DNA of 64,000 nt, from contig CM075988.1 in NCBI GenBank assembly GCA_038087875.1, positions 1,860,001-1,924,000 on the forward strand, in the 5' to 3' direction. Source of the stretch: Malacoraja senta. Lineage: Eukaryota. Of the stretch, positions 1 through 12,759 are shown one piece after another; position 1 is the first letter of the stretch; each line of letters opens with the position of its first letter. A program made the translations under genes and the position numbers. The notes under the pieces are model-generated. The model had not been told where the DNA came from and made no database searches. It was given only the letters and a program-made list of their open reading frames with translations.

Positions 1-984
1 TCAATATTTTTACACTAAATATACACAACAGTTTTAGCCACATGTATTGTGCAAAAAATAATAATTTTGATTATATTGAGTGGATGTTTCTAGATTCATT
101 TATGGGAATTAAACATTAAATTCCTTCCATCTGGCATATAAATTCATGACAGTGAGATTTAAAAATCATGTTATATTGTGAATTCTTGTGTGAATGGGAT
201 TTGTTTGTTATTTGTATACTTAGGCTATTTTTAAAAATTATCCTTTTCTTAAGAAATGGAATCTACAAGACATTCTTAATGGGAAAGTAGTGGGCAGAAA
301 AGCATGTCATGCGTGGTTTGAAGAGCAAAAACGTGTAGTTTACAATGCCAAAATTGAAAAGTTGAGGAAAAACAAGGTGTACAGAGTTGCTTTTTGGTTA
401 CAATCTGAGGAGTATGATGATGCTACTGATTATGATATGCCAATGTACCAGCTGCCAACTGATCTTCTCCATAAAGACTTGGTCTATTGCTAGAAATTGT
501 AATTTATTTACCTATCTGTTATGGACTTACAGCATATAATACAATAATATTAAAGTTCTGATCTTGAGAATATCACATTTTTGAATTTTCAAGGCAGTCT
601 GGGTGTTTATTACTATTTCCATCACAACGGTCAATTTTGTAATTAACTACAATTGGGTAATTAACTAATTATATGCTTTAATTTCAGGTCATCCAAGTAA
701 GATGTTTTATATTTGTTTCAGAATGCTTCAATCTATAATAACTGAAAATTTCATTCAGTTCTCTTAATTTTTAAGTAAGATGGGGTTTTGACTGTCCTCG
801 ATCACAGCTTTTGTGTTAAGTCAATGGAAAAGCAATAGGGAACATTGCCGAGTATGAAAATGGCCATAACTTTTTTAATACTGTAGATATGAAAGTGAAT
901 TAGGTGTCAAATTAAATTTCTTTTTATGCTTTATCTGATGGGATAAATTGCAGACGATTTTTAAAATCTCTAAATTTTGTAACA
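1..984. mobile_element. Right part of a putative AT-rich DNA transposon (superfamily uncertain, possibly hAT-like)
   Basis: 794-984 recurs in diverged form at ~1823-2026, where it ends ...AAAATTTTGTAACATTCCTA (TIR-like). It includes a protein-like ORF remnant at 290-493. Confidence 0.4.
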
Positions 985-989
985 ATGAA

Positions 990-1204
990 ACTTAGGGCTA
1001 TTTTTTTACTCGTGGACATTTTTTATCAGGCTGGAATAAACGTCCCGACTTACCTGATGCCCCGAGTACCTACGGCTGGCATAACGAGCCACTACGATAT
1101 ATCCACGGACTCCTACGGCCTCCTACGGACTCGTTACGAACATTCTGCGAGTTTGAAAACTCGGGAGAATTCGTGAATAACTCTGGAAAGTGGAACAGGC
1201 CCTT
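990..1204. mobile_element. Harbinger/PIF-type MITE, one end
   Basis: Ends AAGTGGAACAGGCCCT-TTA, matching the GGGCCTGTCCCACTT TIR of the complete copies at 11626 and 31815. Confidence 0.6.
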
Positions 1205-1822
1205 TACAATCCCTGCCATCAGTGGCGCTCCAGATCTACCGACTGCTGTGTGTGGGACTCGAGAGGCTGTAGGGGGTGGGGGAAGGGGTGGGGGTGGGGT
1301 GAGTAAACTGCAGGTTTTTCATTGTCGTCAGGGAAGGATTTCTTCGTACAACGCCATCACAATGAATGGTGGTGCTGGCTTGAAGGGCCGAATGGCCTCC
1401 TCCTGCACCTATTTTCTATGTTTCTATGTTTCTAACAAGCTTATGATGTAGAGGAAATCCCGTTCTGTTTTCAACACGTTGCTGGTCTATTGAATCGCTG
1501 AAATTGAAAGTCGGGGCTCAAATTCAAGGCCTTCAAAACACGGATCGCAAGTTCACGCTAAAACAAAAGGTATGTAGGACGTTTAATTAACATCTTATCT
1601 AGTTTTTGGTGTAATTTAATTTACATCTGATGATGCAAAATAAGTTAATTAGGCCCCGATATCGGCAACATGATCATTATCTGTATTGTGTAATTGACTA
1701 TCCGTGATCACTATTTTCATGCTAAATATCTGACTAAAAACTTCCACAGTACATACAGATCGGTTTGTGACCATCGCCATGTTGGCAGCCATGACCGATC
1801 TGTATGTGTAAAACGGCCCTTG

Positions 1823-2026
1823 TCCTGGATCACAGCTTTTGAGTTAAGTCAATACAAAACAATAGGGAACAAGATGCTAATTTCTTAGTATGAAAATGAC
1901 CATAACTTTTTAAATACTGAAGATATGAAAGTGAGGTAGGTAAATATTAAAAAAAAAAATATGCTTTATCTGATGGGATAAATTACAGGTTTGATTTTAA
2001 AAATCTCAAAATTTTGTAACATTCCT
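1823..2026. repeat. Second copy of the putative DNA-transposon terminus at 794-984
   Basis: Shared blocks GATCACAGCTTTT, AGTATGAAAATG, ATGCTTTATCTGATGGGATAAATT and AATTTTGTAACA. Confidence 0.7.
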
Positions 2027-2404
2027 ACACCTACGACAAACTACGTAAGCTACGACAAGGTGAGACAATTCAGTCGCCGGTACCTGTCACCGGTTGATGT
2101 AGGTAGTCGCCAATAGAATTCACTGAAGTCAGCACCGGCACATTGGTGACAACCTACGTCATCCTGGCGACAACCTGCGACAGCACCTACGTCAGGAGAA
2201 GTCAAGCTGCGCTCATTGGCGTCAAGCCCACTGTCGCCAACTGTCGCCGAAAAGTTTTAAACATTTCAAAATCCATCGGCGACCGGAAAAATGCTATGAT
2301 TCTTTGGGCGACTGAGGAGACTACTCACGACCACACACGTGACACCCCGACGACCATGTGACGACAGCCTAGTCGCCTGTAGTCGCCTAAGTGGGACAGG
2401 GGCA
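2027..2404. mobile_element. Truncated Harbinger-type MITE (same family as 31815-32345)
   Basis: Collinear with ~31975-32345; ends GCCTAAGTGGGACAGG. Confidence 0.75.
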
Positions 2405-2679
2405 TTAGCTTCCCCTCTCCCAGATGACTCCCCTGGCTGCCTCATCTATTTCCTGCACCTCTACTCTCACCGCCTCTCCTCCTGATCAGAGCAAGGAGAG
2501 AGTTCCCTTGTTCCTCCCCTTCCCCCACCAGCCAGCACATTCAAGAGATCTTCCATAAATTCTGCCACCTTCACCAAGATTCCACTGCTTCTTTCCACCC
2601 CCTTTCAGCATCTTTGGCCCCTGGTCAGTATTTGTGTTACCACCAATCTCTCCCCAAATCATGGCACTTTATCATGCAA

Positions 2680-3075
2680 CCTCGGAGAAAGCCTACGCAG
2701 TCACGGGGCGAAGATACACACTCCGTACAGACAGCACCCGTAGTCGGGATCGAACCTAGGTGTTTTGCCCTGTAAGCGCTATAGGGCAGCAACTCTACTA
2801 CTGTGCCACCATGCCGGTTGCTGCCTTGCAGAGCCAGAGACCCGGGTTCGATCCTGACTTCGGGTGTTGTCTGTACAGAGTTTCCACGTTCTCCCTGTGA
2901 CTGCATGGGTGCACCTGCTTCCTCCCACACTCCAAAGACAAGCAGGATTGTAAGTTAATTGGCTTCTGTAAATTGTAAATTGTTGCTAGTGCTTAGGACA
3001 GTGTTAGTGTACGGGATGACCGCTGGTCGGTGCAGACTTGGTGGGCTGAAGGGCCTCTGCACTGTATCTCTAAAG
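2680..3075. mobile_element. Head-to-head pair of HE1/V-SINE-like tRNA-derived SINEs (minus ~2680-2810, plus ~2817-3075)
   Basis: B-box GGTTCGATCC on the plus copy and GGATCGAACC on the minus copy; GCTGTCTGTAC...GAGTTT core; GGGCTGAAGGGCCT tail. Confidence 0.8.
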
Positions 3076-4507
3076 TGTAAAGGCTAAGCCACGATTCACT
3101 TGCTCGTCTGCCAATATGGTGAACTGTATTCGGTGTTCACAGTGTTGTCAGCTCTAAGATGCACTCCACAGAACATAGAACAGTACAGCTCAGGAACTGG
3201 CCCTTCAGCCCATAATGTCCATGCTGAACATCAAGCCGAGACCAACCCTTAGCTGCCCGCACATGATTTATATCCCACCATTCCCTGGATATCGTCTGCC
3301 TATTGAAAGGTCACTTAAATGCCACTGTCCTATCTGGCTCCACCACCAACCTGGCACAGTGTTCTAGGCACTGATCACAGGCCTCCAATCAGAAATGAAA
3401 CCCTCCACTACACTTTGACCCTTCCTCCAGGCCAATTTTGAACCCCATTGGCCAATATATAATGTTACTTTTTTTCAGTGTTATGCCAGATTTTTTTTAT
3501 TGGAATGAAGCACAATAACTAATTGTCATCATCACTTGGGAAATTAGATTTGTTGTAGTTGTGAGACGTTTCCATGCGGATCACTGGCAACAACTTGAGC
3601 TGTGTTATCCTGGGTGTGGGCGGGCATGCCTGGGACAAGGTGGCTGTAAAGCTGGTCCAAGCCTGGGAACCCTGCAGGATGAGTAAAGTAACCAGCTTCA
3701 TGTTTGGGTCTTCTCCCCATCCTCACACTTCACATCCTCCCCATCTCCCCCATAACCCCCAATCTCCACCTTGGCACATGATTGGAATTTGCCCCTGCCC
3801 ACACCATGCCCAGAGACCCCTTTCCAATGTGCTGCCAGTCCCACTCCCACTTCTGCCCAAGATAACCCTTCTAGATCTTCCTCTCCCCATTTCTCATGAA
3901 GAATGATTCCAGGGTCCTTTGAATACCAAAGCTTTTTAGTTTTTCGCCATTTAAAAAAGTACATTGTCAAAGTAGATCACCTCATTCAAGTCTGCATTGC
4001 ATTTCATCTGCCACTGAGTTGGTGGCCTTAGAAAGGATTTGAAGGATGAGAGTTCCAAAACTGAGGTGTTGCTTTATCAGAATCAAATAAAGGTCAGCAG
4101 GCATGGGGGAGATGATGGAATGGGGCTCGATGTGATTTAAGACACGGAGCAGCATTGGATGAAGATTATGGTTGGTGCTTGTGGAACTGAAGACTGGCGA
4201 AAGGTGTCTACCTGTAATTGGTGGAACATGAGCTGATTCTAAACACAAATCAATGGGTGATGAAGATAATATTGCACCAAATCAGTTAGTCATACAGCAC
4301 GGAAACAGGGTCCATGCTGACCAAGATGCCCAATCTAAACTAGTCCTATTTGCCCGCATTTGGCTCATATCCCTTTGAACCTTTCCTATCCATGAATGTA
4401 CCTGCTCAAGTGTCTTTTAAATGCTGTTATAGTACCTGGCTCAACTAGCTCCTCTGGCAGCTCATTCCATATACCAACTACCCTCTGAGTATCAAAGATA
4501 CCCCTGA

Positions 4508-4785
4508 GAGGTAGAGCTGTTGCCTTACAGTGCCAGAGACCCGGGTTCGATTCTGACTAAGGGTGCTGTTTGTACTGTGTACGTTCTCTCCATGATCTGC
4601 GTGGGCTTTCTCCAGTTTCCTCCCACACTCCAAAGATGTACAGGTTTGTAGATTAATTGGCTTGTAAAATTGTAAATTGTCCTTACTGTATGTAGGATAA
4701 TGCTAATGTGCGGGGATCGCTGGTCGGCGTGGACCCGGTGGGCCGAACGACATGTTTCACGCTGTATCTCTGAACTAAACAAAAC
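4508..4785 (+). mobile_element. HE1-like SINE inserted in a CR1 3' fragment
   Basis: B-box GGGTTCGATT, V-domain-like core and AACTAAAC tail; minus-strand CR1 sequence at ~4290-4505 resumes at ~4790. Confidence 0.8.
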
Positions 4786-7699
4786 AAAATTCCTAAAATC
4801 TTTCCCCTCTCACCTTAAACCTATGTCCTCTGGTTCTTGATTCCCCTACCCTGGGTAAAAGGTTTTGTTGCAGCTCGACACTGATAATGTGTTTACTGAC
4901 CCTCAAAGAATCTACGTCTTTAACAGCTGTGCATTAATTGTCAGAGCCATAAGAATTAATCTTGAAAGAATATTTCAAACCCCATCAGCAGTGGAAGGGA
5001 TTTGCTGCTGAATGTTAATTGGACTGGCGCCCGTGGACTTCATAGTGCCGGGCTGTCGGCGAGGTTGAGCACAGCTGTGGGCAGTGCCCCTGTGATATCA
5101 ACATTTCTCTAAGTGAGAGTTTTAAATATACTTGAAACAAAAGAGGCAACTGCAGCAACACATCAGAGAGTGCCCTTTACAGGGGCTGTAACTCGAGAGA
5201 TGATTAGCTGGACAATGGTATTGGAAAAAATACTCAACTCACTAACACTAATTAAACCTCAGAGGGCCTAATGGGCACAGGCCTAGCCAAATTGCAAATA
5301 CAATCCCTTCACTAAAAATAATCTGCGTAAACAATCAGTTTCACATAATTGAGTATCAGGAATCTAGTCTCACCGCTGTGCTGACTCCACTGTGGCTTTG
5401 AAATGGACGCCGTTCCCCTCGCACCCCGGCTGCACCATGAGCAATCACTGTCCGCGGAGGATTGCAAATATTTAAACCGCTCAATTCTACCAAGCAATGT
5501 GCATCACCATCCTGTAGATTGCTCTGGTCATTTTAAAGTGAAGATGCACCTGCTGGCTGTTTAGTTTTTCTTGAATTATTCACACATTCGGACAGTGACT
5601 TGACCAGAGCAGCCTATTCTGCTGCAGCCTATTTCCAGCATATTCAGCTTTTCTTTCATATTTCTACCATCTGCATTAAAAAAATCACTTTAGCATGAAA
5701 TGGTCAGACAACGTTTCAGGTCAGGACCTTTCTTCAGACACCATGTACACTCATCCCATTTTGCATTAAAGTCATAGTCATACAGCACGGAAACAGACCC
5801 TTTGGCCCAACTTGTCCATGTCGACCAAGATGCCCCATCTACACTAGTCTCACCTGCCTGCATTTAGCTCCTATCCTTCCAAACCTTTCCTATCCATGTA
5901 CCTGTCCAAATATTGTTTAAATATTATTGTACCTGCTTCAACTCCCTCCTCTTGCAGCTCGTTCCATATACCCACCTGTATAAAAAAGTTGCTTCTCACA
6001 TTCCTATTAAATATTTCCCCTCTCACCTTCAACCTATGTCCTCTGGTTCTTGATTACCCGACTCTGGGTAAAAAACCCTGTGCATTTACCCTATCTGTTC
6101 CTCTCATGATCTTATACACCTCTATAAGATCACTCCTCATCATCTTGCACCCCAATGAATCAAGTCCTCACCTGCCCAACTCTCCCTTTAGCTCGGCCCT
6201 TCAAATCCTGGCAAATTCCTTCTAAATCATCTCTACATTTTCTCCAGGTTAACAACATCCTTCTTGAGGAAGGGTGACCAAAACTGAACACAATACAGTA
6301 CTCCAAATGCAGCCTCACTAACATCTCGTACAACTGTAACGTAATACTCCTCCTCAGTGCCCTGCCATTCACTGTGAGGGCCTGCACTGGTTTGACTTCC
6401 CAAATTGCAACACCTCATACTTATTTGCATTCATTTCCATCAACCATTCCTCAGCTCACTTACCCAACTGATGAAGATCCTGTTGTAGTTTTTGATAACC
6501 ATTTTCACTATCTACAATACTATTTACTTTAGTGTCCAAACTTACTAATCATGCCTTCTACATTCTCATCCAAATTGTTGACAAAGACCAGTGCCCAGCA
6601 CTGATCCCTTAGGCACACCACTAGTCACAGATATCGTCCATAAAACAACCTTCCACCATCACCCTCTGCTTCCTTCCAAATCTGACTCTTTCAAGTCAGC
6701 TAACTCTCCCTGGATCCCATGCGATTTAACCTTCTAGCGCAGCCTTATCAAATGCCCTCCTGAAGTCATATTGACAACGTCTATGGCTTTGCTCTTATCC
6801 TTTTTGATTACTTCATCAAAAAACTCAATTCGATTTGTAAGACATGATCTCCCACGTACAAAACCATGCTGATTCCCTAATCAACCCCTGTCAAACCAAA
6901 TGCATATATATCTTATCCCTCAGAATACCCTCCAATAACTTGCCTACAACAGATAATAGGTTCACTGGTCTTTATATTTCCTAGACTGTTCCTTGCAGCG
7001 CTTCTCAAACAAAGGTACAACATTGCCCACCCTCCAGCCTTCTGGCACCTCACCCGTGACCAATGATGAATCATATATCTTAGCCAGGGCTCCTGTAATT
7101 TTTTTTTCTTGCTCCTTGCATTAATCTGATCGCCCAGGAGATTTATCTATTTTCATACAGCTTAGGATAGTTAACACCTCCTCGACAATAATACGGACTG
7201 TCCTCAAGGCATCTTCCACTAACTGACCCAAGTTCCCCAGTCTTCATGTCATTCTCCATGATAAAAACAGGAGAGAAATACTCGTTGTGGACTTTGCTTA
7301 TCTCCTGCGGCTCGACGCAGAGGTGACCACTTTGGTTTCAGAAGGGCCCTATTCTCTCACTAGTTTTCCTCAACGTACATAAATTCACTTTGGATTTTCC
7401 TTGGTATTATCTGCCAGAGATATCTCCTGCTGACCTTTGCCCTCTTGATTTCTTTCAAGTACGCTCCTCAGTCCCCTGAAATTCCTCCAGGGATACACTC
7501 AATCCCAGCTGCCTGTATTCTTCCCATACCTCCTTTTTCTTGATCAGAACCTTAATTTCCCTCATCATCATGCTTCCATATGCCCACCTGCCTTGCCCTT
7601 CACTCTAACAGGAATATATGTATCCTGAACTCTTGTCATCACACTTTTAAAAGCATCCCACTTTCTGGACATTCCTGTGCTTACAAATAACCTACTCCA

Positions 7700-8195
7700 G
7701 AAACATAGAAAAATAGGTGCAGGAGTAGGCCATTCGGCCCTTCGAGCCAGCACCGCCAATCAATTTGATGATGGCTGATCATCTAAATTCAGTACCCCTT
7801 TCCTGCTTTTCCCCCATATCCCTTGATTCCTTTAGCCTTAAGAGCTAATTCTAACTCTCTCTTGAAAACATCCAGTGAATTGGCCTCCACTGCCTTCTGT
7901 GGAAGAGAATTCCACAGATTCACAGCTCTCTGGGTAAAAAGGGTTTTCCTCATCTCAGTCCTAAATGGCCTACCCATTATTCTTCAACTGTGCCCCCTAG
8001 TTCTGGACTCCCCCAACATTGGCAACATTTTTCTTGCATCTAGCCTGTCCAATCCTTTAAGAATTTTATATGTTTCTATAAGATCCCATCTCATCCTTCT
8101 CAATTCCAGTGAATACAAGCCCAGTCGACCCATTCTTTCATCATACGTCAGTCCCGCCATCCCTGGAATTAACCTGGTGAACCTACGCTACACTA
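7700..8195 (-). mobile_element. 5'-truncated CR1 (AACATAG-tailed subfamily) nested in the older CR1
   Basis: GRPFRTEMRKTLFTQRAVNLWNSLPQKAVEA; AAACATAGAAAAATAGGTGCAGGAGTAGGCC tail. Confidence 0.85.
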
Positions 8196-8307
8196 TCTCG
8201 AATCAACTTTAACAAGTTTCTGTCTAACACCATCGAAGTTGTCCTTGCCCCAATTCAGAATTTTAACTTGTGAGGCCAGCCAGTCTTTATCCGTAACTAT
8301 TTTAAAG

Positions 8308-8541
8308 TTGAAGATAGACACAAAATGCTGGAGTAACTCAGCAGGACAGGCAGCATCTCTGGAGAGAAGGAATGGGTGACATTTCGGGTCGAGACCCTTC
8401 TTCAGACATCAATCTGAAGAAGGGTCTTGAGCCGAAACATCACCGATTCCTTCTCTTCAAAGACGTTGCCTGTCCCGCTGAGTTACTCCAGCATTTTGTG
8501 TCTATCTTTGATTTAAACCAGCATCTGCAGTTCTTTACTAC
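8308..8541. mobile_element. Penelope-derived fold-back unit with hammerhead-like cores and a 12-bp TSD
   Basis: ~95-bp inverted arms 8312-8406 and 8413-8507; ACTATTTTAAAG at both 8296-8307 and 8542-8553. Confidence 0.8.
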
Positions 8542-9603
8542 ACTATTTTAAAGCTAATAGAACAGTGGTCACTGGTTCTAATAGACTCATCTACTAATGC
8601 TTCAGTCACTTGCCCATCCCAATTTCCTAAGAGTAGATCAAGGTTTGCTCTTTCCCTTGAAGGGTCCTGCCTGAGGAAACTTTCCTGAACACATTTAACA
8701 AATTCCACCCCGTCTAAGGCCTTGGCACTATGACAGTCCATCTATATTGGGAAAGTTAAAATCCCCTACAATGACAACATTATTGGTCTTGCAGCTGCCT
8801 GCAATCTTTTGGCATATTTGATTTTCTTATTGCCATTGCCTATTTGGAGGCCTGTAGTACACTCCCAACAAAATGATCACCCCCTATTTACCTGCCCGTC
8901 TTGTCATTCTCTTAGCCAGGTTTCCGTAATGGCTACCAGTTGCAAGTAACTATCCACACCCTGAGTTCATCTGCCTTACCCATCAGGCATCTCACATTAA
9001 AGTCAATGGAATTCAGTCCAACAGTGCTTCCTTGCCCCATGCCGTGTTCCTGCCTATTCTGTCCACTGAATTTTCTTTCGTCAACTTCCCAGCCTCTCAC
9101 CTGCTTCATCCCTCCATAGGATCCCACCCCCTGCCAATCTAGTTCAAACCCACCTTTGCAGCACCAGCAAACCTGCCTCCTAGGATATTGGATTCCTTCC
9201 AGTTGGTCTGTAGTCTTCCAGGCCTTGGTCATTCTCATCTTGATACTTCTCACATGTTGTGAGAGTCTCTGCCTCCAGCACCCTCTCAGGCAATGTGTTA
9301 CACACTTCATTCACTCACTGAGTACTATCGAGATAGAGAGATACAGCACGGAACAGACACATCGGCCCGCACTGGCCCATCGAAACTATTCCTACATTAA
9401 TCCCATTTTGTATTCTCTCCATATGCTCTTCACCTTCCTTTGCCCTCCCCACCCCAGATTCTACTGCTCACCTCATACTGGGGGACCAATTAACCCATCA
9501 ATCTAGAAACAAGACGCTGGAGTAACACAACTGGACAGGCAGCATCTCTGGAGAGAAGGAATGGGTAATGTTTCAGCTTGAGACCCTTCTTCAAACTGCC
9601 GCA

Positions 9604-9637
9604 GTCTGAAGAAGGGTCTCGACCCGAAACGTCACCC
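9604..9637 (+). ncRNA. Putative minimal type-I hammerhead ribozyme (best copy of many)
   Basis: CTGAAGA 9606-12, extra A, helix II GGGT-CTCG-ACCC, GAAA 9626-29, palindromic ACGT helix III and GTC triplet ending 9633; lies in fold-back unit ~9505-9735. Confidence 0.6.
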
Positions 9638-11625
9638 ATTCCTTCTCTCCAGAGATGCTGCCTGTCCCGCTGAGTTACTTCAGCTTTTTGTGTCTATCTT
9701 CGGTGTAAACCAGCATCTGCAGTTCCTGCCCACACAACCCACTGATTTGCATGTTTTGGGGATGTGGATGAAAGCAGAGTTTAGACTTTAGAGATACAGT
9801 GTGGAACCAGGCCCTTCTGCCCACCAAGTCTGCGCCGACCAGTGATCACCCCTTACACTAGCACTATCCTACACACTAGGGAAAATGTTTACAACTTACC
9901 AAAGACAATCTACAAATCTGTACGTCTTTGGAGTGTTAACATACAAGCTCCATACAGGCAGCATCCGTGGTCAGGATCGAACCCGGGTCTCTGGCGTTGT
10001 AAGGCAGCAACTCTACCACTGCGCCACTGTGCTGCCCAGTTGCCAGGGATATTCCCAGGTCACAGAGAGAACATACAAACTCCATAAAGTATTGAATCTG
10101 ATTCCATCACCTCACGCGCCAGCACATTCCAGATATCAACCACTATTTGTGTAAAACACCTGCCCCTCAGATCCTCTTTAAAACTCTCACCTTAATATGT
10201 ACCCTCTTGTTTTTGATATCCCTACCATGGAAAAAAAATTCTGACAATCCACCCGATCTATGCCTCACATAATTTTTTTTAGTTTTAGTTTAAGGTACAG
10301 CGTGGAAACAGGCCCTTCGGCCCACCGGGTCCGCGCTGACCAGCGATCCCCGCATATTAACACTAACCTACACCCACTAGAGACAATTTTTACATTTTTT
10401 ACATTTACCAAGCCAATTAACCTACATACCTGTGAGGTCATCTCTCAGCTTCCTTCACTCTGGGGATACCAAGCCTATCCTATCTCCCCACATAACTAAC
10501 CTCCTCCATTTCCGACACCATGCTGGTGAATCTGCTGCACACTCTCTCCAGCACATCCACATTCTTCCCACAGTGGGACGACACAACTACACACCATGCT
10601 CCAGTGTTTTCAAACATAACATCCCAACTTTTATATTCTCTGTCATAAAACTGCAGATGATGGTTTATACCAAAGATAGATGCAAAATTCTGGATATACT
10701 TCACAGGTTAGGTAGCATCTTTGGGGGAAATGGATAGGTGATGTTTTGTGTCGGGAGCATTCTTCTGTCTGAAGAAGGGTCCCGACCCGAAACGTCACCT
10801 ATCCATTTTCTCCAGAGATGCTGCCTGACCCACTGAGTTTACTTCAGCATTTTATGTCTATCTGACCTGACCCATACCATGTGCCTTCTCCATCACCCTA
10901 TCTATCTGTGTTGCAGGCAACTGTGGACAGGACCCTAAGGTCCCACTGTTCATCAGTGTACCTGAACACACTCCCATTTACTGTATGTTTCCTAGCCTGA
11001 TTCATTGTTACACTGCACAGAAACGTGCCCTTTGACCCAGCATCTCCATGCGTGCCCATTGACATTGATCCCATTTACCATCACTTTATCTGCAGCTTCT
11101 GTCCCTTGCTGATTCAAGTGCTTATTCAGATGCTTTGTCACTGTGGTGAGCCTGTTTAAAACAAATCTTCAGGTAATGTGTTCCAGATTGCAACCACACT
11201 CTGCGTGAAACCATTCTTCCCCTGATCACCTTAAACATATGCCTTTTGGTCTTAGACATCTCTGCATGGAGCCACGTTTCTTATCAACTACCTTGTCAAT
11301 GTCCCATGACATTGTTCATCCCTATCAGGTCCTCCCTCAGCCTTCTTTGTCTTAGGAAAACAAACCCCGTCTGTCCAGTCTCTCCCCATAACTAGAATGA
11401 ACCCTGGGCCATCTTCAAACTCCAGCAGCAGAGTGAATACAGGAGACAGGATGAGTGGCTTTAAATGAGGGCCATGAACATTGAACTTTACTTTCCCTGT
11501 AACAGTAGCTAACTTTAACTGGGAAATGTAACCAGGTTAACCCTAAATTATACTTAAGAACCTTGACAGGAAGATAAAATAAGCAATGCTAATGCCATCG
11601 CAAGTCCTGCACTAAATGTGACTAA

Positions 11626-12284
11626 TGGGCCTGTCCCACTTAGGCAACTTTTTACGTGACTGCAGGAGACTATGCGGTCACCACATGTTCGCCACATGTT
11701 TGCGGGTGGTTGCCGGGGAGTCGCCTTCATGGTCGTGAGGAGCTCCCGCATTCTGGGAACCGGTCGCAGCCTCATTATGGTCACCGCAAACTTTTCAACA
11801 TGTTGGAAAATTAGTGGCGACCAGAATGAAGCCACCATGGAGAGTAGCGAGAATTCTCGTGCCGTAGGTGGGTCGCCAGGAGGTCCTAGTGGGTTGCCAA
11901 GAGGTCGAAGATTCTCGTAGGTTGTAGCTGGTGCTGACCGGTGAATTTCATTGGCTCATTGGGAAGTAGTTTTCAGAACCAAGGATAACCGACCGGTAAT
12001 GTTAAATGTCCGCCGAGCTTCACAGCCGTGTATCTCTGGCTTCTTAAAAGTTGTCTCCACTCCTTCTCCCTCCTTCTCCCCCCCCCCTTTTAAAGGACTT
12101 ATTGTACACTGTGCTTTAGCCGTCTTAATTATAGCGCCAACCTTCCTGTTCATCGCGGTGTGTGTCTGTATCACCTTTGCACCGTGTGAATTTCACTCAG
12201 ACAGCGATCCCCCCGCTCCCCCACGCCTGCAACTTGACAGTCGCCAGCAGTCGCCTGAAAAATCGCCTAAGTGGGACAGGCCCA
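11626..12284. mobile_element. Complete Harbinger/PIF-type MITE
   Basis: Perfect 20-bp TIR TGGGCCTGTCCCACTTAGGC / GCCTAAGTGGGACAGGCCCA, flanked by TAA and TTA; no transposase. Confidence 0.85.
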
Positions 12285-12440
12285 TTAGGCTCTTAAACCA
12301 GAATGAATCCATATTACGATGAAAGTTAAGACAAAGAGAAATTATGGAGCCGACTTAAGGCAGGTGGATTTTGACATGGGGTAATGATGAGTGGGTCAGA
12401 TCAAGGCAGCAATCTTATTATCAGACTGACTGTCCATCAG

Positions 12441-12759
12441 GGTGGCACGGTGGCGCAGCGGTAGAGTTGCTGCTTTACAGCGTTAGAGACTCGGGTTCGA
12501 TCCAGACTACAGGTGCTGTCTGTAAGGAGTTTGTACGTTCTCCCCATGACATGCGTGGATTTTCCTTGGGTGTTCCGGTTTCCTCCCACACTTCAAAGGC
12601 GTGCATGTTTGTAGGTTAATTGGCTTTGTATAATTGTAAATTGTTGCTAGTGTGTGTAGGATAGTGTTAGTGTGCGGGGATCGCTGGTCGGCGCGGACTC
12701 GGTGGGTTGAAGGGCCTGTTTCCACGCTGTATCACTACAGTAAACTAAACTAAACTAAA
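12441..12759 (+). mobile_element. Full-length HE1/V-SINE-like tRNA-derived SINE (type copy; about 15 others in the window)
   Basis: A-box TGGCGCAGCGGTAG 12451-64, B-box GGGTTCGATCC 12493-503, CR1-like tail GGGCCTGTTTCCACGCTG, (TAAAC)n end, ATCAG on both flanks. Confidence 0.9.

Larger units (their letters stand above)
5770..9020 (-). mobile_element. Degenerate CR1/HER1-like LINE ORF2 (EN-RT) and 3' UTR, interrupted by younger inserts
   Basis: Translated fragments LQLYEMLVRLHLEYC, EFVKCVQESFLRQ..RERANLDLLL..SDHCSISF and NVRCLMGKADEL; many frameshifts. Confidence 0.8.

Noticed and set aside
12441..12510. tRNA genes
   Set aside because: A and B boxes lie in SINE heads followed by SINE body and tail; no full cloverleaf seen.
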